From positions 46,805 through 110,804 of the forward strand of contig LCQK01000003.1 of assembly GCA_001004105.1 (NCBI GenBank): a stretch of 64,000 nt of DNA, written 5' to 3'. Below the pieces are notes generated by a model that worked only from the letters and a program-made list of their open reading frames with translations, did no database searches and had not been told where the DNA came from. The stretch is from Candidatus Jorgensenbacteria bacterium GW2011_GWB1_50_10. GTDB taxonomy: Bacteria > Patescibacteriota > Minisyncoccia > UBA6257 > GWB1-50-10. The translations under genes were made by a program, and so were the position numbers. This document shows positions 37,773-48,932 of the stretch, in pieces; the first letter of the stretch is position 1, and every line of letters starts with the position of its first letter.

Positions 37773-40700
37773 ATGTCAAAAGTAAAAGTTTTTTCATATT
37801 ACAAGGGACCCAAGTTCACAGGACCGAATCTCATAGAATTTCAGCTCAATTCCTTCAATTGGTTTCTGAAGACGGGCCTGAAGGAGCTTTTTGATGAGAT
37901 TTCGCCGATTAAGGACCACACTGGGAACGAGTTGGAACTTCATTTTTTGGATTACAAGTTCGACCCGCCCAAATACACCGAAGAGCAATCCAAATACAAA
38001 GACCTGACCTATGAGGCCGCTCTTCGGGTCAATTTAAAGCTCGTTGACAAGACCGTGAAGCAGAGCCGGACCCAGGAAGTTTATCTCGGCGACTTTCCGA
38101 TAATGACCGAGCGCGGCACCTTCATTATCAACGGCGTGGAGCGGGTGGTCATCGCCCAGCTCATCCGTTCGGCCGGTGTCTATTTTACCGCGTCCGTTTT
38201 CCGGGGGCGGAAGCTTTTCGGCGCCAAAGTGATTCCCAACCGCGGCAGTTGGATAGAATTAGAAACTGATGCAAGCGGCCTTATCGGCGTGAAAATTGAC
38301 CGCAAGAGGCGGGTGCCCGTAACCTCGCTCCTCCGGATTTTCGGTCTGCAGTCGAATGATGCAATTTTGAAGAAATTTGCCAACGTTGATACCGGCAAAA
38401 TCAAATTCATTGAAGCAACTTTAAAACAGGATGATGCCAAAACCGTTGATGAGGCCTATATTGAAATTTACAAGCGCCTTCGGCCGGGGGATTTGGCGAC
38501 CGCCGACAACGCCCGGTCCTTGATTGAACCAATGTTCCAGCGTTTCGACCGCTACGATCTGGGCGCCGTCGGCCGCTTCAAATTCAATCAGCGATTGGAA
38601 ATAACCAAAAAGAAAAACGGCCTTTTGGATTTGGAAGATGTCGCTCAGCTAGTCAAAGAAGCAATCAGATTGAACAATGATTTACTTGCCGAGCCGGACG
38701 AAATCGACCATCTGGGGAACCGCCGGGTAAGAGCGGTCGGGGAACTGATGCAGTCGCGCCTCCGCGTCGGCTTCGCGAGAATGCGCCGCGGCGTCCAGGA
38801 CCGGATGTCCACTCTGGAACGGAAAGGACTCCAGCCCGCCCAGCTCGTAAACTACAAAGTACTGACCGCCGTTATCCGCGATTTTTTCACTTCTTCCCAG
38901 CTTTCGCAATTCATGGACCAAGTGAACCCTTTAGCTGAATTGGAACACAAGCGGCGGCTATCCGCCATGGGTCCCGGGGGTCTCACGCGTGAGCGAGCCG
39001 GCTTTGAGGTCCGCGACGTGAACCCATCCTATTATGGGCGGATTTGTCCCATTCAGACGCCGGAAGGCGCGAACATCGGTCTCGTCAACTACTTGGCCAA
39101 TTACGCCCGTTTGAATGACTTTGGGTTTTTGGAAGCACCTTATTTTGCTGTCTTGAGGGGCAAGGTTACTTCTAAAGTCGTTTGGTTGGATGCGATCGAG
39201 GAGCAGAAGCACATTATCGGCCAGGCTGACACCAAAACCGACGAGGACGGCCGCATTGCGAAGGAAAGGGTGGCCGCGAGAATCAAAGGCAAGCCGGGGC
39301 AGTGCAAGCGGGAAGAGTTGGAATTCATGGACGTTTCGCCCAACCAGTTCGTGAGCATCGCCACATCTCTCATTCCTTTTCTGGAACATGATGACGCGAA
39401 CCGGGCGCTCATGGGCTCCAACATGCAGCGCCAGGCCGTTCCTTCTATTAAACCGCAGGCGCCCTTGGTCGGCACCGGCGTTGAAGAAAAAGCAGCTTAC
39501 GATTCCCGGCAGGTTTTAATTTCCGACCACGACGGCGTGGTCGCGGCCGTCGACGGCAAGGAAATCGTGATTAAAACCGATGGCGGCGAAAAGGTTTACA
39601 ACATCATCAAATTCCGCCGGTCCAATCAGTCCACTTGTCTTTCCCAACAGCCGGTGGTTCGGGTGGGCGACAAAGTGAAGAGTGGAACGCTTCTCGCCGA
39701 CGGTCCCGCGACCGAAGGGGGAGTGCTTGCCCTGGGCCAGAATCTTTTGGTCGCTTTTATGCCCTGGCACGGCGGCAATTACGAGGATGCCATCATTTTA
39801 TCGGAGCGCGTCCAACAGGAGGATTTATTCACCTCCATTCACATTGAAACGTTCGTTTGTTCCGTCCGCGACACCAAACTGGGTCCCGAGATGACGACGC
39901 CGGACATTCCAAACGTAGCCGAAGACAAATTAAGGAACCTGGACGAAGAGGGCATTGTCCGCATCGGTGCCGAAGTGCGGGCGAACGACATTTTGGTCGG
40001 AAAGATTTCTCCCAAAGGCGAATCGGAACTCACCTCCGAAGAGCGGCTCCTGCGGGCCATCTTCGGCGAGAAGGCGCGGGACGTTAAAGATTCATCTCTC
40101 ACTATTCCCCACGGCAAGCAAGGTCGTGTGATTGGCGTGAAAATCTTCTCGCGCGACAAAGGTGACAAACTCGAACCGGGTATCATTAAAAAAATCCAGA
40201 TTGAGATCGCCCAACTACGCAAAATCCGGGCCGGCGACAAGCTGACTGGCCGGCACGGCAACAAAGGCGTTATTTCCCAAATCAGGGCCGTTGAAGACAT
40301 GCCCCATCTTGAGGACGGCACGCCGGTGGACGTCATTTTGAATCCCCTGGGTGTTGTCTCCCGAATGAACCTCGGCCAGGTTCTGGAAACGCATCTCGGC
40401 TTTGCCGCCAAAAAACTTGGCTACCGCGCCGTGGTGCCGCCCTTTGTTGGCGCCTCCGAAGAAGAAATTAAATCGGAAATGGAAAGCGCGGGTATTCCTA
40501 AGACGGGGAAGATTAAGGTTTACGACGGTTTGACCGGCGAGCCCTTCCGAGAACCGGTGATGGTGGGTTATGTCTACATAATGAAACTCAACCACTTAGT
40601 TGAGGACAAAATCCACATGCGCTCCACCGGTCCTTATTCTTTGATTACCCAGCAACCTTTGGGTGGCAAGGCCCAGCTCGGCGGCCAGCGCTTCGGCGAA

Positions 40701-40952
40701 ATGGAGGTTTGGGCCCTTGAGGGCTACGGGGCCGCTCATACCCTTCAGGAGATGCTTACTATAAAATCCGACGATGTTCTCGGCCGATCAGCGGCCTTTG
40801 AATCTATTATTCGCGGCCAGGATATTAGAAAGCCGAATATTCCCGCTTCTTTCAACGTGCTCGTTTCGGAATTGAAGGCTCTGGGTTTGGGCGTTGATAC
40901 CGTGGGCGGCGAAGACGGCGAGAAAGACAATAAAGAAGAACATGACGAATAG
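37773..40952 (+). CDS. rpoB: DNA-directed RNA polymerase subunit beta (compact 1059-aa form)
   Basis: Conserved blocks ...GNRRVRAVGEL..., MGSNMQRQAVP, ...GGQRFGEMEVWALEGYGAA... Confidence 0.97.
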   Translation: MSKVKVFSYYKGPKFTGPNLIEFQLNSFNWFLKTGLKELFDEISPIKDHTGNELELHFLDYKFDPPKYTEEQSKYKDLTYEAALRVNLKLVDKTVKQSRTQEVYLGDFPIMTERGTFIINGVERVVIAQLIRSAGVYFTASVFRGRKLFGAKVIPNRGSWIELETDASGLIGVKIDRKRRVPVTSLLRIFGLQSNDAILKKFANVDTGKIKFIEATLKQDDAKTVDEAYIEIYKRLRPGDLATADNARSLIEPMFQRFDRYDLGAVGRFKFNQRLEITKKKNGLLDLEDVAQLVKEAIRLNNDLLAEPDEIDHLGNRRVRAVGELMQSRLRVGFARMRRGVQDRMSTLERKGLQPAQLVNYKVLTAVIRDFFTSSQLSQFMDQVNPLAELEHKRRLSAMGPGGLTRERAGFEVRDVNPSYYGRICPIQTPEGANIGLVNYLANYARLNDFGFLEAPYFAVLRGKVTSKVVWLDAIEEQKHIIGQADTKTDEDGRIAKERVAARIKGKPGQCKREELEFMDVSPNQFVSIATSLIPFLEHDDANRALMGSNMQRQAVPSIKPQAPLVGTGVEEKAAYDSRQVLISDHDGVVAAVDGKEIVIKTDGGEKVYNIIKFRRSNQSTCLSQQPVVRVGDKVKSGTLLADGPATEGGVLALGQNLLVAFMPWHGGNYEDAIILSERVQQEDLFTSIHIETFVCSVRDTKLGPEMTTPDIPNVAEDKLRNLDEEGIVRIGAEVRANDILVGKISPKGESELTSEERLLRAIFGEKARDVKDSSLTIPHGKQGRVIGVKIFSRDKGDKLEPGIIKKIQIEIAQLRKIRAGDKLTGRHGNKGVISQIRAVEDMPHLEDGTPVDVILNPLGVVSRMNLGQVLETHLGFAAKKLGYRAVVPPFVGASEEEIKSEMESAGIPKTGKIKVYDGLTGEPFREPVMVGYVYIMKLNHLVEDKIHMRSTGPYSLITQQPLGGKAQLGGQRFGEMEVWALEGYGAAHTLQEMLTIKSDDVLGRSAAFESIIRGQDIRKPNIPASFNVLVSELKALGLGVDTVGGEDGEKDNKEEHDE

Positions 40953-43900
40953 AAATTCCGACGTTAAATCAATATCCATCAGAATGGCTTCGCCTGGGGA
41001 AATTCTACAGTGGTCTCACGGTGAAGTTATTAAGCCCGAAACGTTGAATTACCGCACCCAGCGGCCGGAGAAGGACGGGCTTTTTTCCGAACGGATTTTC
41101 GGTCCGACCCGAGATTACGAGTGCTACTGCGGCAAATACAAGAAAATCCGGTACAAGGGCGTGGTCTGCGAGAAATGCGGCGTAGAAGTGACGCGGGCCC
41201 AGGTCCGACGCGAAAGGATGGGACACATCAATCTCGCCACCCCCATCGTTCATATCTGGTTTTTGAAAACCGTGCCGAGTCGCTTGAGCTTGCTTTTGGA
41301 CATCTCCGTGCCGAAGCTGGAGAAAGTCATCTATTACGCCGCTTTTGTCGTGACTTCAGTGAATGAAGAAGCGAAATCTCAAACTCTCCTTAAGCTGAAG
41401 CAAGAATTCAAATCCCTGAAGAAAGAAAAGAAAAGCGCCGAAGACAACCTAGAAGAAGCGAAGGAACGGCAGGAGGAAATCCTCTCCGTTTTGAAGCCGG
41501 GTTTGATTCTTACGGAAGCCGAGTACTACGCCCTTTCGCGGGTTTTCGGCGACGTTTTTGAAGCCGACCGCGGCGCGGGAGCCGTGAGGAAAATTCTTGA
41601 AGGCATAGATTTGAACATTCTCGTGAAGGATTTAAATAAAGAACTTGAAACTTTAAAAGATGTCACGCGCCGCCGCCGCGTCTTGCAGCGTTTGCGGCTT
41701 ATCAGGTCGCTGCAAAAATCAGGGCTACGGCCCGAGTGGATGGTTTTGACCGTGCTCCCGGTTCTCCCGCCGGAATTGCGGCCGATGGTCGCCTTGGACG
41801 GCGGGCGTTACGCCACCGCCGACTTGAACGATCTCTATCGCCGCGTCATCAACCGCAACAACCGGCTCAAAAAACTCGTTGATTTGAAAGCGCCGGAGGT
41901 CATTGTCGTGAACGAAAAGAGAATGCTTCAGGAAGCAGTTGACGCTTTAATTGATAATTCTTCGAGTTTGGGCACTCAGATTCTTTCCACCCGTCGCCGC
42001 CCGCTCCGGTCGCTCGCCGACCTTTTGAAAGGCAAGCAAGGCCGGTTCCGCCAGAACCTGCTCGGCAAACGGGTTGATTACTCGGGCCGCTCGGTCATCG
42101 TCGTCGGCCCCGAATTGAAATTGAACGAATGCGGCCTGCCGAAAAATCTCGCTCTTGAGCTTTTCCGGCCGTTTGTCATCAACAAAATCATTGAACGGGG
42201 CCACGCTTACAACATCAAGCAGGCCAACCGCTTAATTGAACAGGGAACTTCCGACGTCTGGGCTATTTTGGAAGAAGTGATGGCGAACAAGAGGATTCTT
42301 TTAAACCGCGCACCCACTCTCCACCGTCTCGGCATTCAGGCCTTCAAACCGCTCCTTATTGAAGACCTCGCCATTCGGATTCCGCCGCTCGTCTGTTCGG
42401 CCTTCAACGCCGACTTCGACGGCGACCAAATGGCCGTTCACTTGCCGCTCACCGTTGAGGCGCAGTACGAAGCCAAATATTTAATGGACGCCGCCAAGAA
42501 CTTATTGAAACCGGCCAACGGCGAGCCGATTGTGACGCCTACCCAAGATGTGGTTTTGGGAATTTATTACCTGACGAGAGGGAAGAAGGACGCGAAAGGT
42601 GAAGGCAAAATATTTTCTGATTTCACGGAAGCGATGCTTGCTTATGAGGCCGGTCTTTTGGATCTGAACGCCGAGATTAGAGTAAGGCATGATGGCAAAA
42701 TAATCGCGACGACTTACGGCCGGCTGATTTTTAACAGTATCCTGCCGGAGGGATTTGGCTTTGTGAACGACCATCTCACCAAATCCAAGCTGGCAAAGTT
42801 GGTGAGCCGCATTATTGATAAATATGGAATTGAATCCTCCCACGAGTATCTGGACAGAATCAAAAACCTCGGTTTTCTTTACGCCACTATTTCCTCAATC
42901 AGTTTCAGCATTGACGACACGATAATTCCGAAAGAAAAAGAGGAAATTCTTGCGAAGGGCAACGATGAGGTGGCCGCGATTGAAGCGCAGTACCACGAAG
43001 GGCTTTTAACCGAAAAAGAGCGCCAGCGCAACATTATTGGTGTCTGGACTCGCGTTTCGGGACAGGTGAGCGACTTAGTTGCCAAAGAACTGTCGCCGTC
43101 AAATCCGCTCTATTCCATCATCAACTCCGGTGCCCGCGGCACCTGGGCTCAACTGCACCAGGTGATGGGCATGAAGGGACTTCTCACGAACCCGAAGAAC
43201 GAAACCATCGAATTGCCCGTCAAATCCTCCTTTAAGGAAGGCCATAAGGTCCTGGAGTATTTTATTTCCACCCACGGCGCCCGCAAGGGTTCGACCGACA
43301 CCGCCCTAAAGACCGCCTCCGCCGGCTACTTGACGCGCCGGCTCGTTGACGTGGCCCAAGACGTAATCGTGAAAGAAAAAGACTGCAAAACGGAGAAGGG
43401 TATAGAGCTTATAAGAAAGGAAGGCGACGCCTATGGCTATGACTTCGGCGACCGGGTTTATTCCCGAACCACCCTGGAAGACGTGAAAATCGGCCGGAGG
43501 GCCGTGGTAAAAGCCGGCGAAGTTATAAGCCGCGCCGCCTCCGAAGAAATTCAGACCTCCGACATCGCTTCTGTCAAAGTGCGTTCGCCCATCACCTGCA
43601 ATTCGCTCTACGGGATTTGTTCCGCCTGTTACGGTTGGGATTTGGCTACGGAAAAACCCGTTCTAATCGGCGAAGCGGTTGGCATTGTGGCGGCGCAGTC
43701 CATCGGTGAGCCGGGCACCCAGCTTACCATGCGAACTTTCCACATCGGAGGAGTCGCGGGCGTGGACATCACCGCCGGCCTCCCTCGGGTGGAGGAGGTT
43801 TTTGAGGCAAGGCCGCCGAAAGGCAAAGCCGTGCTTGCCAAGGACGGCGGCACGGTTGTGGGCATTGAAGAACAAGGTCTCACTAAAGTCATCAAAATTA

Positions 43901-44592
43901 AGGAAACCGTTCCCAAGAGCAAAACTAAGAAAAACGCCTTTGTTGAGTATCTAGTGCCGGCGGGTGTAACCCTTAACGTCAAAGAAAGCGACGTTGTCAA
44001 AAAAGGCGATTTGCTTTCCGAAGGCCATCTTGATTTGAAAGAACTTCTGGAGTACCGCGATATTGAAGCGGTGAAGCATTATATCATCAACGAAGTTCAA
44101 AAAATTTACGTCCCCGAAGGCACCTCCATCAACGACAAGCACGTGGAAATTATCGTCCGGCAGATGCTCTCCAGGGTGCTCGTCAAAGACTCGGGTGACA
44201 CGAACTTTATGGCGGGGGACATTCTTGAAAAATCAAAATTCCGGGAAGTCAATCTGGGAATGAAACGTGAGGGCAAGAATCCGGCCAAAGCATTGCAGCT
44301 TATTTTGGGCATCACCCGTGTGGCACTCACCACCGAAAGCTTCCTTTCCTCAGCTTCGTTTCAGGAGACAAGCCGGGTGCTGGTGGGCGCTTCCGTGGAA
44401 GGCAAGGTTGACACCTTGCGCGGCCTTAAGGAGAACGTCATTATCGGCAAGCTCATTCCGGTCGGCAGCGGTTACCGCGGCATTCCTGAGGGCGAAATTG
44501 CACGCCTTAAGGAAATCTTTTACCCAGCCGTTGCCCCGCCGGAAGAAGAAATGCCGCCCACGCCCTCAATTGACGTTCCGGAAAACGCCTGA
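40942..44592 (+). CDS. rpoC: DNA-directed RNA polymerase subunit beta'
   Basis: Zn-finger CYCGKYKKIRYKGVVCEKCGVEV, NADFDGDQMAVH catalytic motif; start at ATG 40942 overlapping rpoB stop. Confidence 0.97.
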   Translation: MTNRNSDVKSISIRMASPGEILQWSHGEVIKPETLNYRTQRPEKDGLFSERIFGPTRDYECYCGKYKKIRYKGVVCEKCGVEVTRAQVRRERMGHINLATPIVHIWFLKTVPSRLSLLLDISVPKLEKVIYYAAFVVTSVNEEAKSQTLLKLKQEFKSLKKEKKSAEDNLEEAKERQEEILSVLKPGLILTEAEYYALSRVFGDVFEADRGAGAVRKILEGIDLNILVKDLNKELETLKDVTRRRRVLQRLRLIRSLQKSGLRPEWMVLTVLPVLPPELRPMVALDGGRYATADLNDLYRRVINRNNRLKKLVDLKAPEVIVVNEKRMLQEAVDALIDNSSSLGTQILSTRRRPLRSLADLLKGKQGRFRQNLLGKRVDYSGRSVIVVGPELKLNECGLPKNLALELFRPFVINKIIERGHAYNIKQANRLIEQGTSDVWAILEEVMANKRILLNRAPTLHRLGIQAFKPLLIEDLAIRIPPLVCSAFNADFDGDQMAVHLPLTVEAQYEAKYLMDAAKNLLKPANGEPIVTPTQDVVLGIYYLTRGKKDAKGEGKIFSDFTEAMLAYEAGLLDLNAEIRVRHDGKIIATTYGRLIFNSILPEGFGFVNDHLTKSKLAKLVSRIIDKYGIESSHEYLDRIKNLGFLYATISSISFSIDDTIIPKEKEEILAKGNDEVAAIEAQYHEGLLTEKERQRNIIGVWTRVSGQVSDLVAKELSPSNPLYSIINSGARGTWAQLHQVMGMKGLLTNPKNETIELPVKSSFKEGHKVLEYFISTHGARKGSTDTALKTASAGYLTRRLVDVAQDVIVKEKDCKTEKGIELIRKEGDAYGYDFGDRVYSRTTLEDVKIGRRAVVKAGEVISRAASEEIQTSDIASVKVRSPITCNSLYGICSACYGWDLATEKPVLIGEAVGIVAAQSIGEPGTQLTMRTFHIGGVAGVDITAGLPRVEEVFEARPPKGKAVLAKDGGTVVGIEEQGLTKVIKIKETVPKSKTKKNAFVEYLVPAGVTLNVKESDVVKKGDLLSEGHLDLKELLEYRDIEAVKHYIINEVQKIYVPEGTSINDKHVEIIVRQMLSRVLVKDSGDTNFMAGDILEKSKFREVNLGMKREGKNPAKALQLILGITRVALTTESFLSSASFQETSRVLVGASVEGKVDTLRGLKENVIIGKLIPVGSGYRGIPEGEIARLKEIFYPAVAPPEEEMPPTPSIDVPENA

Positions 44593-44604
44593 TAAAGTGG
44601 CAAT

Positions 44605-45000
44605 ATGTATGAATTAACCGCCGTTACCAAAGAAGAAAATTTTGCGCCCCTGAAGGAGGTTCTCGCAAGAAGCGGTGTAAAGATATTAAGCGAAGAAGCG
44701 CCGAAAAAAATTCACATGTTTTACCCTGTGAAAAAAGAAAGGTACGGCTTTTTAGGTGTCTTTAAATTTGAAAGCGCTCCCGAGGCGCTAGGGCGACTCT
44801 CGGCCGATTTGAATCTAAAAGGGGAAGTTCTCCGTTTTGTTATTGTCAAACCAAAAAAGGTGAAAATTAGGGAAAACGAGAGCCCGACTAGATCTACCGC
44901 CCCCCGCGATTTTTTAAAGGCTCCGATTGTGAAAAAGCCGGCTGAGGCCGCCTTGACCAACGAAGAGCTTGAGAAAAAGATAGAGGAAATTCTAAAATAA
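44605..45000 (+). CDS. rpsF: 30S ribosomal protein S6
   Basis: MYELTAV... S6 fold pattern, in rpsF-ssb-rpsR synteny. Confidence 0.85.
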   Translation: MYELTAVTKEENFAPLKEVLARSGVKILSEEAPKKIHMFYPVKKERYGFLGVFKFESAPEALGRLSADLNLKGEVLRFVIVKPKKVKIRENESPTRSTAPRDFLKAPIVKKPAEAALTNEELEKKIEEILK

Positions 45001-45005
45001 AAACA

Positions 45006-45470
45006 ATGAACTTAAACAGAGTCATTTTAATCGGACGGCTCACGGGAGATCCGCAGCTCCGAACCACGCCAGCCGGCCAGCCGGTTACAACTATTTCGCT
45101 TGCAACGAACAGGGTTTGGACCAATAAAGCGGGCGAGAAGCAGCAGGATGTCCAGTTTCACAATGTCGTTATCTGGGGCAGGCAAGCGGAAGTCGTCAAT
45201 CAATTCCTGAAGAAAGGAAGTTTGGCAATGGTGGAAGGGCGGCTCCAAACCCGCACTTGGCAGGACAACCAAGGGCAGAACCGGCGGACGACGGAAATCG
45301 TCTGCGAGCGGATTCAATTCGGCCCGCGGGCGGGCGGTTCGCCTGCGCCGGCGGGAGAGGGCACCGATGCCGCTCCCGCGTTTGGAGGAACCGACAGCGA
45401 AGTTAAAGAAACGCTCCCGGAAATAAACATTGATGGCGACGAGATAAAACCGGAAGACATCCCTTTTTAA
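45006..45470 (+). CDS. ssb: single-stranded DNA-binding protein
   Basis: OB-fold N-terminus MNLNRVILIGRLTGDPQLR..., acidic tip ...DIPF. Confidence 0.9.
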   Translation: MNLNRVILIGRLTGDPQLRTTPAGQPVTTISLATNRVWTNKAGEKQQDVQFHNVVIWGRQAEVVNQFLKKGSLAMVEGRLQTRTWQDNQGQNRRTTEIVCERIQFGPRAGGSPAPAGEGTDAAPAFGGTDSEVKETLPEINIDGDEIKPEDIPF

Positions 45471-45473
45471 AAT

Positions 45474-45674
45474 ATGCGCCAGTGCAATTTTTGCTCTCAA
45501 AATGTAAAAGCGATAGATTTTAAGGATGTCGCCGTTCTGCGCCGCTATATTTCGGGTCAGGCGAAAATCATTGACCCTCGCCACACCGGCGTCTGCGCCA
45601 AACACCAGCGCCAGCTCGCGAGGGCCGTGAAACGCGCCCGTGTCATGGCTCTTCTGCCTTTTGTCCGCCGTTGA
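45474..45674 (+). CDS. rpsR: 30S ribosomal protein S18
   Basis: Conserved S18 core, 66 aa. Confidence 0.85.
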   Translation: MRQCNFCSQNVKAIDFKDVAVLRRYISGQAKIIDPRHTGVCAKHQRQLARAVKRARVMALLPFVRR

Positions 45675-46192
45675 AGATGGACAGGGCTCTTTTTGAATTT
45701 TTCCATTCGCTTGCTAACCGGGCCGCGTTCTTGGACGGCCTCATTGGCTTTCTGGCGGTTTATTTTGTCTATTTTTTAGTTGCCGGGCTTTTGTTTTTTT
45801 TGTACAAAATGAAAGCTGCACCGAGGCACAAGGTTTTTGCGTTTCTTACGCTTTCTTTAGGTGCCGTTCTTTCCCGGGGAATTTTCACCGAAATCATCAG
45901 GTTCTTCTACGACCGGCCAAGGCCCTTTGAGGTTTTGAACATCACCCCGCTTTTTCTTGACGAAAACCCCGCTTTCCCTTCGGGACACACCGCCCTTTTA
46001 TTCGCTCTTTCGTTCGCTCTTCTTCATTTCAATAAAAAACTGGGTTATTGGTTTTTGGGATTTTCCTTACTTGTTGGCATCTCAAGAATCATTGCCGGCG
46101 TCCATTGGCCGAGCGATATTTTGAGCGGCATAGTCGTCGCTTTTATCTCGGTTTGGATCGTCCGCCTCCTTTTGAAGAAATACGAGATTTAG
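45671..46192 (+). CDS. PAP2-family phosphatase (undecaprenyl-diphosphatase-like)
   Basis: PSGHT and GVHWPSDIL(S)G PAP2 motifs. Confidence 0.8.
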   Translation: MKMDRALFEFFHSLANRAAFLDGLIGFLAVYFVYFLVAGLLFFLYKMKAAPRHKVFAFLTLSLGAVLSRGIFTEIIRFFYDRPRPFEVLNITPLFLDENPAFPSGHTALLFALSFALLHFNKKLGYWFLGFSLLVGISRIIAGVHWPSDILSGIVVAFISVWIVRLLLKKYEI

Positions 46193-46251
46193 TTTAAAGT
46201 TACCTTTGTTATACCCCTATGCACCTTAAGCACGGGGGTCTTATCGCGTTT

Positions 46252-48228
46252 ATGGGTCAATTTCAAATCACAAAAACATTTCAGCCGGACGGTGACCAAC
46301 CAAAAGCGATAAAGGCGCTTGTTGAAGGGCTAAATTATGGTTACGGAAACCAGACGCTTTTGGGCGTGACCGGTTCGGGCAAAACCTTTACGGTTGCAAA
46401 TGTCATCGAAAAAATCGGCAAGCCCACACTCTACATTGCTCACAACAAGACCCTGGCGGCCCAGCTCTGCAATGAGCTCCGGGAGTTTTTTCCGGGAAAT
46501 TCTGTCCATTATTTCGTCTCCTACTACGACTACTATCAGCCGGAGGCCTACATGCCCATAACTGACACTTATATCGGCAAGGAAGCGATGATTAACGACG
46601 AGATAGACAAGTTGCGCCACGCGGCGACAACTGCGCTTTTGACGCGCAATGACGTGATTGTGGTCGCGTCCGTCTCCTGCATTTACGGCCTTGGCGCGCC
46701 CGAGGTTTACGCCGAGAATATCTTCCATTTCAAAGCCGGCGACAAAGTGGACCGTTCCAAATTCGTGCGCAAGCTCGTGGAATTGCAGTTTAAGCGGACG
46801 AGCGCCGACCTGAAACGCGGCACTTTCCGGTTGCGGGGCGACAATTGGGAAATCATGCCGCCGGATCGGGAAGTGATTTACAATCTGGAATTGGAGAAAG
46901 GAAAAATAAAAACCATTTACGAAATTGACCCGGTAAAAGGTTTTCAAAAGGAAAAAACACCCACCCTTTCTGAAATTTACATTGCCCCCGCTAGACATTT
47001 CATCACACCTTTACCGGAGCGCGAGCGGGCGATTAAAGCGATTGAAGCGGAACTTGCAGAGCGGCTGAAATATTTTGAAAGGGAGGGAAAACTGCTTGAG
47101 GCCGAGCGGCTGGAACGCCGGACAAGAGGGGACTTAGCCATGATTCGGGAAATCGGCTACTGCAACGGCATTGAGAATTATTCGCGCCATCTCTCCGGCC
47201 GCCGAGCTGGTGAGCCGCCGGAGACGCTGCTTGATTATTTTCCAAAGGACTTCTTGACCGTGATTGACGAATCGCATGTTACTGTGCCTCAACTTCACGG
47301 TATGTACGAGGGTGATGCCTCGCGGAAGAAAACGCTCATTGAATTCGGTTTCCGGCTGCCTTCCGCCGCCGACAATCGGCCGCTTATGTTTCCGGAATTC
47401 GAAAGCAAAGTGGGGCAGGTAATTTACACTTCGGCGACCCCGGGCCCGTACGAGAGGAGAAAAAGCAATCAGATCGTAGAGCAAATCATCCGGCCGACCG
47501 GTTTGGTTGACCCGGAAATAGTTATTCGACCGGCTCGAGGCCAGGTTGACGATTTGATTCCGAGAATTAAAGAAAGAGTAGACGTGAAAGAGCGCGTTTT
47601 AGTGACCACGCTTACCAAGCGAATGGCCGAAGATTTAAGTTCTTATTTGGAAGAGCAGGGCATTAAAGTGACGTATCTCCACAGCGACGTTAAAACTTTG
47701 GATAGAATCAGGATTTTGACGAATTTGAGAAGAGGTAATTTCGACGTTCTGGTCGGCGTGAATCTGCTCCGCGAAGGACTGGACCTGCCGGAAGTTTCGC
47801 TTGTCGCGATTTTGGACGCGGATAAGGAGGGGTTTCTGCGTTCGGAAACCTCGCTTATCCAGACCATTGGCCGGGCCTCCCGCAATGTCAGTGGCCAAGT
47901 TTTGATTTATGCCGATAACATTACCGGTTCGGTAAAGCGCGCCGTGGATGAAACTGAACGCCGCCGCAAAATCCAGATTGAATATAACTTGCGTCACGGC
48001 ATCACGCCGAAAACAATCGTGAAGAAAATCACCGACATCGTGCCGGTCGAGGAAATCCTGAATTTGGAAATGAAACCCTTGCCGCGCTCTAAAGCGGAAA
48101 TTAAGAAAATAATCGCCGGAAAAGAAAAAGAAATGAGAGAAGCAGCAAGTAGACTTGATTTTGAACTCGCGGCAGTTTTAAGAGATGAAATTAAAGCTTT
48201 ATCTAAGAAGGCGGGGAAGCAGTTTTGA
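46252..48228 (+). CDS. uvrB: excinuclease ABC subunit B
   Basis: GDQP.AI..L start, helicase motifs [13 protein letters not shown]-terminal UVR domain [13 protein letters not shown]. Confidence 0.95.
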   Translation: MGQFQITKTFQPDGDQPKAIKALVEGLNYGYGNQTLLGVTGSGKTFTVANVIEKIGKPTLYIAHNKTLAAQLCNELREFFPGNSVHYFVSYYDYYQPEAYMPITDTYIGKEAMINDEIDKLRHAATTALLTRNDVIVVASVSCIYGLGAPEVYAENIFHFKAGDKVDRSKFVRKLVELQFKRTSADLKRGTFRLRGDNWEIMPPDREVIYNLELEKGKIKTIYEIDPVKGFQKEKTPTLSEIYIAPARHFITPLPERERAIKAIEAELAERLKYFEREGKLLEAERLERRTRGDLAMIREIGYCNGIENYSRHLSGRRAGEPPETLLDYFPKDFLTVIDESHVTVPQLHGMYEGDASRKKTLIEFGFRLPSAADNRPLMFPEFESKVGQVIYTSATPGPYERRKSNQIVEQIIRPTGLVDPEIVIRPARGQVDDLIPRIKERVDVKERVLVTTLTKRMAEDLSSYLEEQGIKVTYLHSDVKTLDRIRILTNLRRGNFDVLVGVNLLREGLDLPEVSLVAILDADKEGFLRSETSLIQTIGRASRNVSGQVLIYADNITGSVKRAVDETERRRKIQIEYNLRHGITPKTIVKKITDIVPVEEILNLEMKPLPRSKAEIKKIIAGKEKEMREAASRLDFELAAVLRDEIKALSKKAGKQF

Positions 48229-48341
48229 GAAGTTGACAAGATTAGATTTTTGTGCTAAAGCTTAAACTAGCACGAACTGGCAACCTAAAGCCCCAACGAA
48301 TGTTGAGGGTGAGAGGAAACCATAACAAGGAGAGGCAAAGA

Positions 48342-48932
48342 ATGATGAAGGGAACGAACGGACTCGAGTGGCTTGCGGACCGCTGGCAGTCGGTTGCGAC
48401 TGCAGTTCCCCGCCGCTTTGAGAATCGTGGAGTTAGCGGCGGGGAGGTAATTGCCGCCGTAACCAAGCCCCAGACCAGGAGTATTGTGGTCCAGACCGAG
48501 CCCTTTGCTAAGGACTCGTTCTTTGGGGAGAGCGGTCCCGCGGAGCTCTGCATTTGGGACAACTTCCGAACCCAGGTGCTATCAGCAGTTTCCGAGACCG
48601 TGCCCGCGTTTCGAGGCACGCTCACGAGAACTGAGCTTGAGGAGCACATGGGGGACTCCGAGATTTTCGCCAACGGGACATCCCGGCCGCTCCTCTCGCC
48701 GGACGATTTTGTTGCGGTCGTCCGTGACCTCATCTCCCGCCAGCCGAGAGGTGAGAGGGGAATCCTTCTCACAAACGGGGATGCCAACATCTTCCATGTG
48801 CAGCCGGAGGATGGACCTGTGGTTGCGGTGCGTGGGCGCTGGCGCGTTGGTCTCGGCGGTTGGAGCCTGCGCGCGTATGGCCGGGACGACGTCAGATGGC
48901 TCAAAGGCCACTGCGTGTTCTCCCGCGGCTGA
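48342..48932 (+). CDS. DGR variable-protein paralog (second, diverged target) inserted between uvrB and uvrA
   Basis: Homologous along its length to 12054-12749 (e.g. [36 protein letters not shown]...); ends CVFSRG; start taken at ATG 48342 after AAGGAGAGG. Confidence 0.75.
   Translation: MMKGTNGLEWLADRWQSVATAVPRRFENRGVSGGEVIAAVTKPQTRSIVVQTEPFAKDSFFGESGPAELCIWDNFRTQVLSAVSETVPAFRGTLTRTELEEHMGDSEIFANGTSRPLLSPDDFVAVVRDLISRQPRGERGILLTNGDANIFHVQPEDGPVVAVRGRWRVGLGGWSLRAYGRDDVRWLKGHCVFSRG
48819..48926 (+). repeat. diverged VR-like repeat (about 68% identity to TR 13003-13110)
   Basis: 19 of 36 mismatches vs TR at TR adenines; TR AAC codons correspond to CGC/CGT/CTC/AGC/TAT/CAC; 3' GC-clamp CTGCGTGTTCTC conserved. 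Confidence 0.6.
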
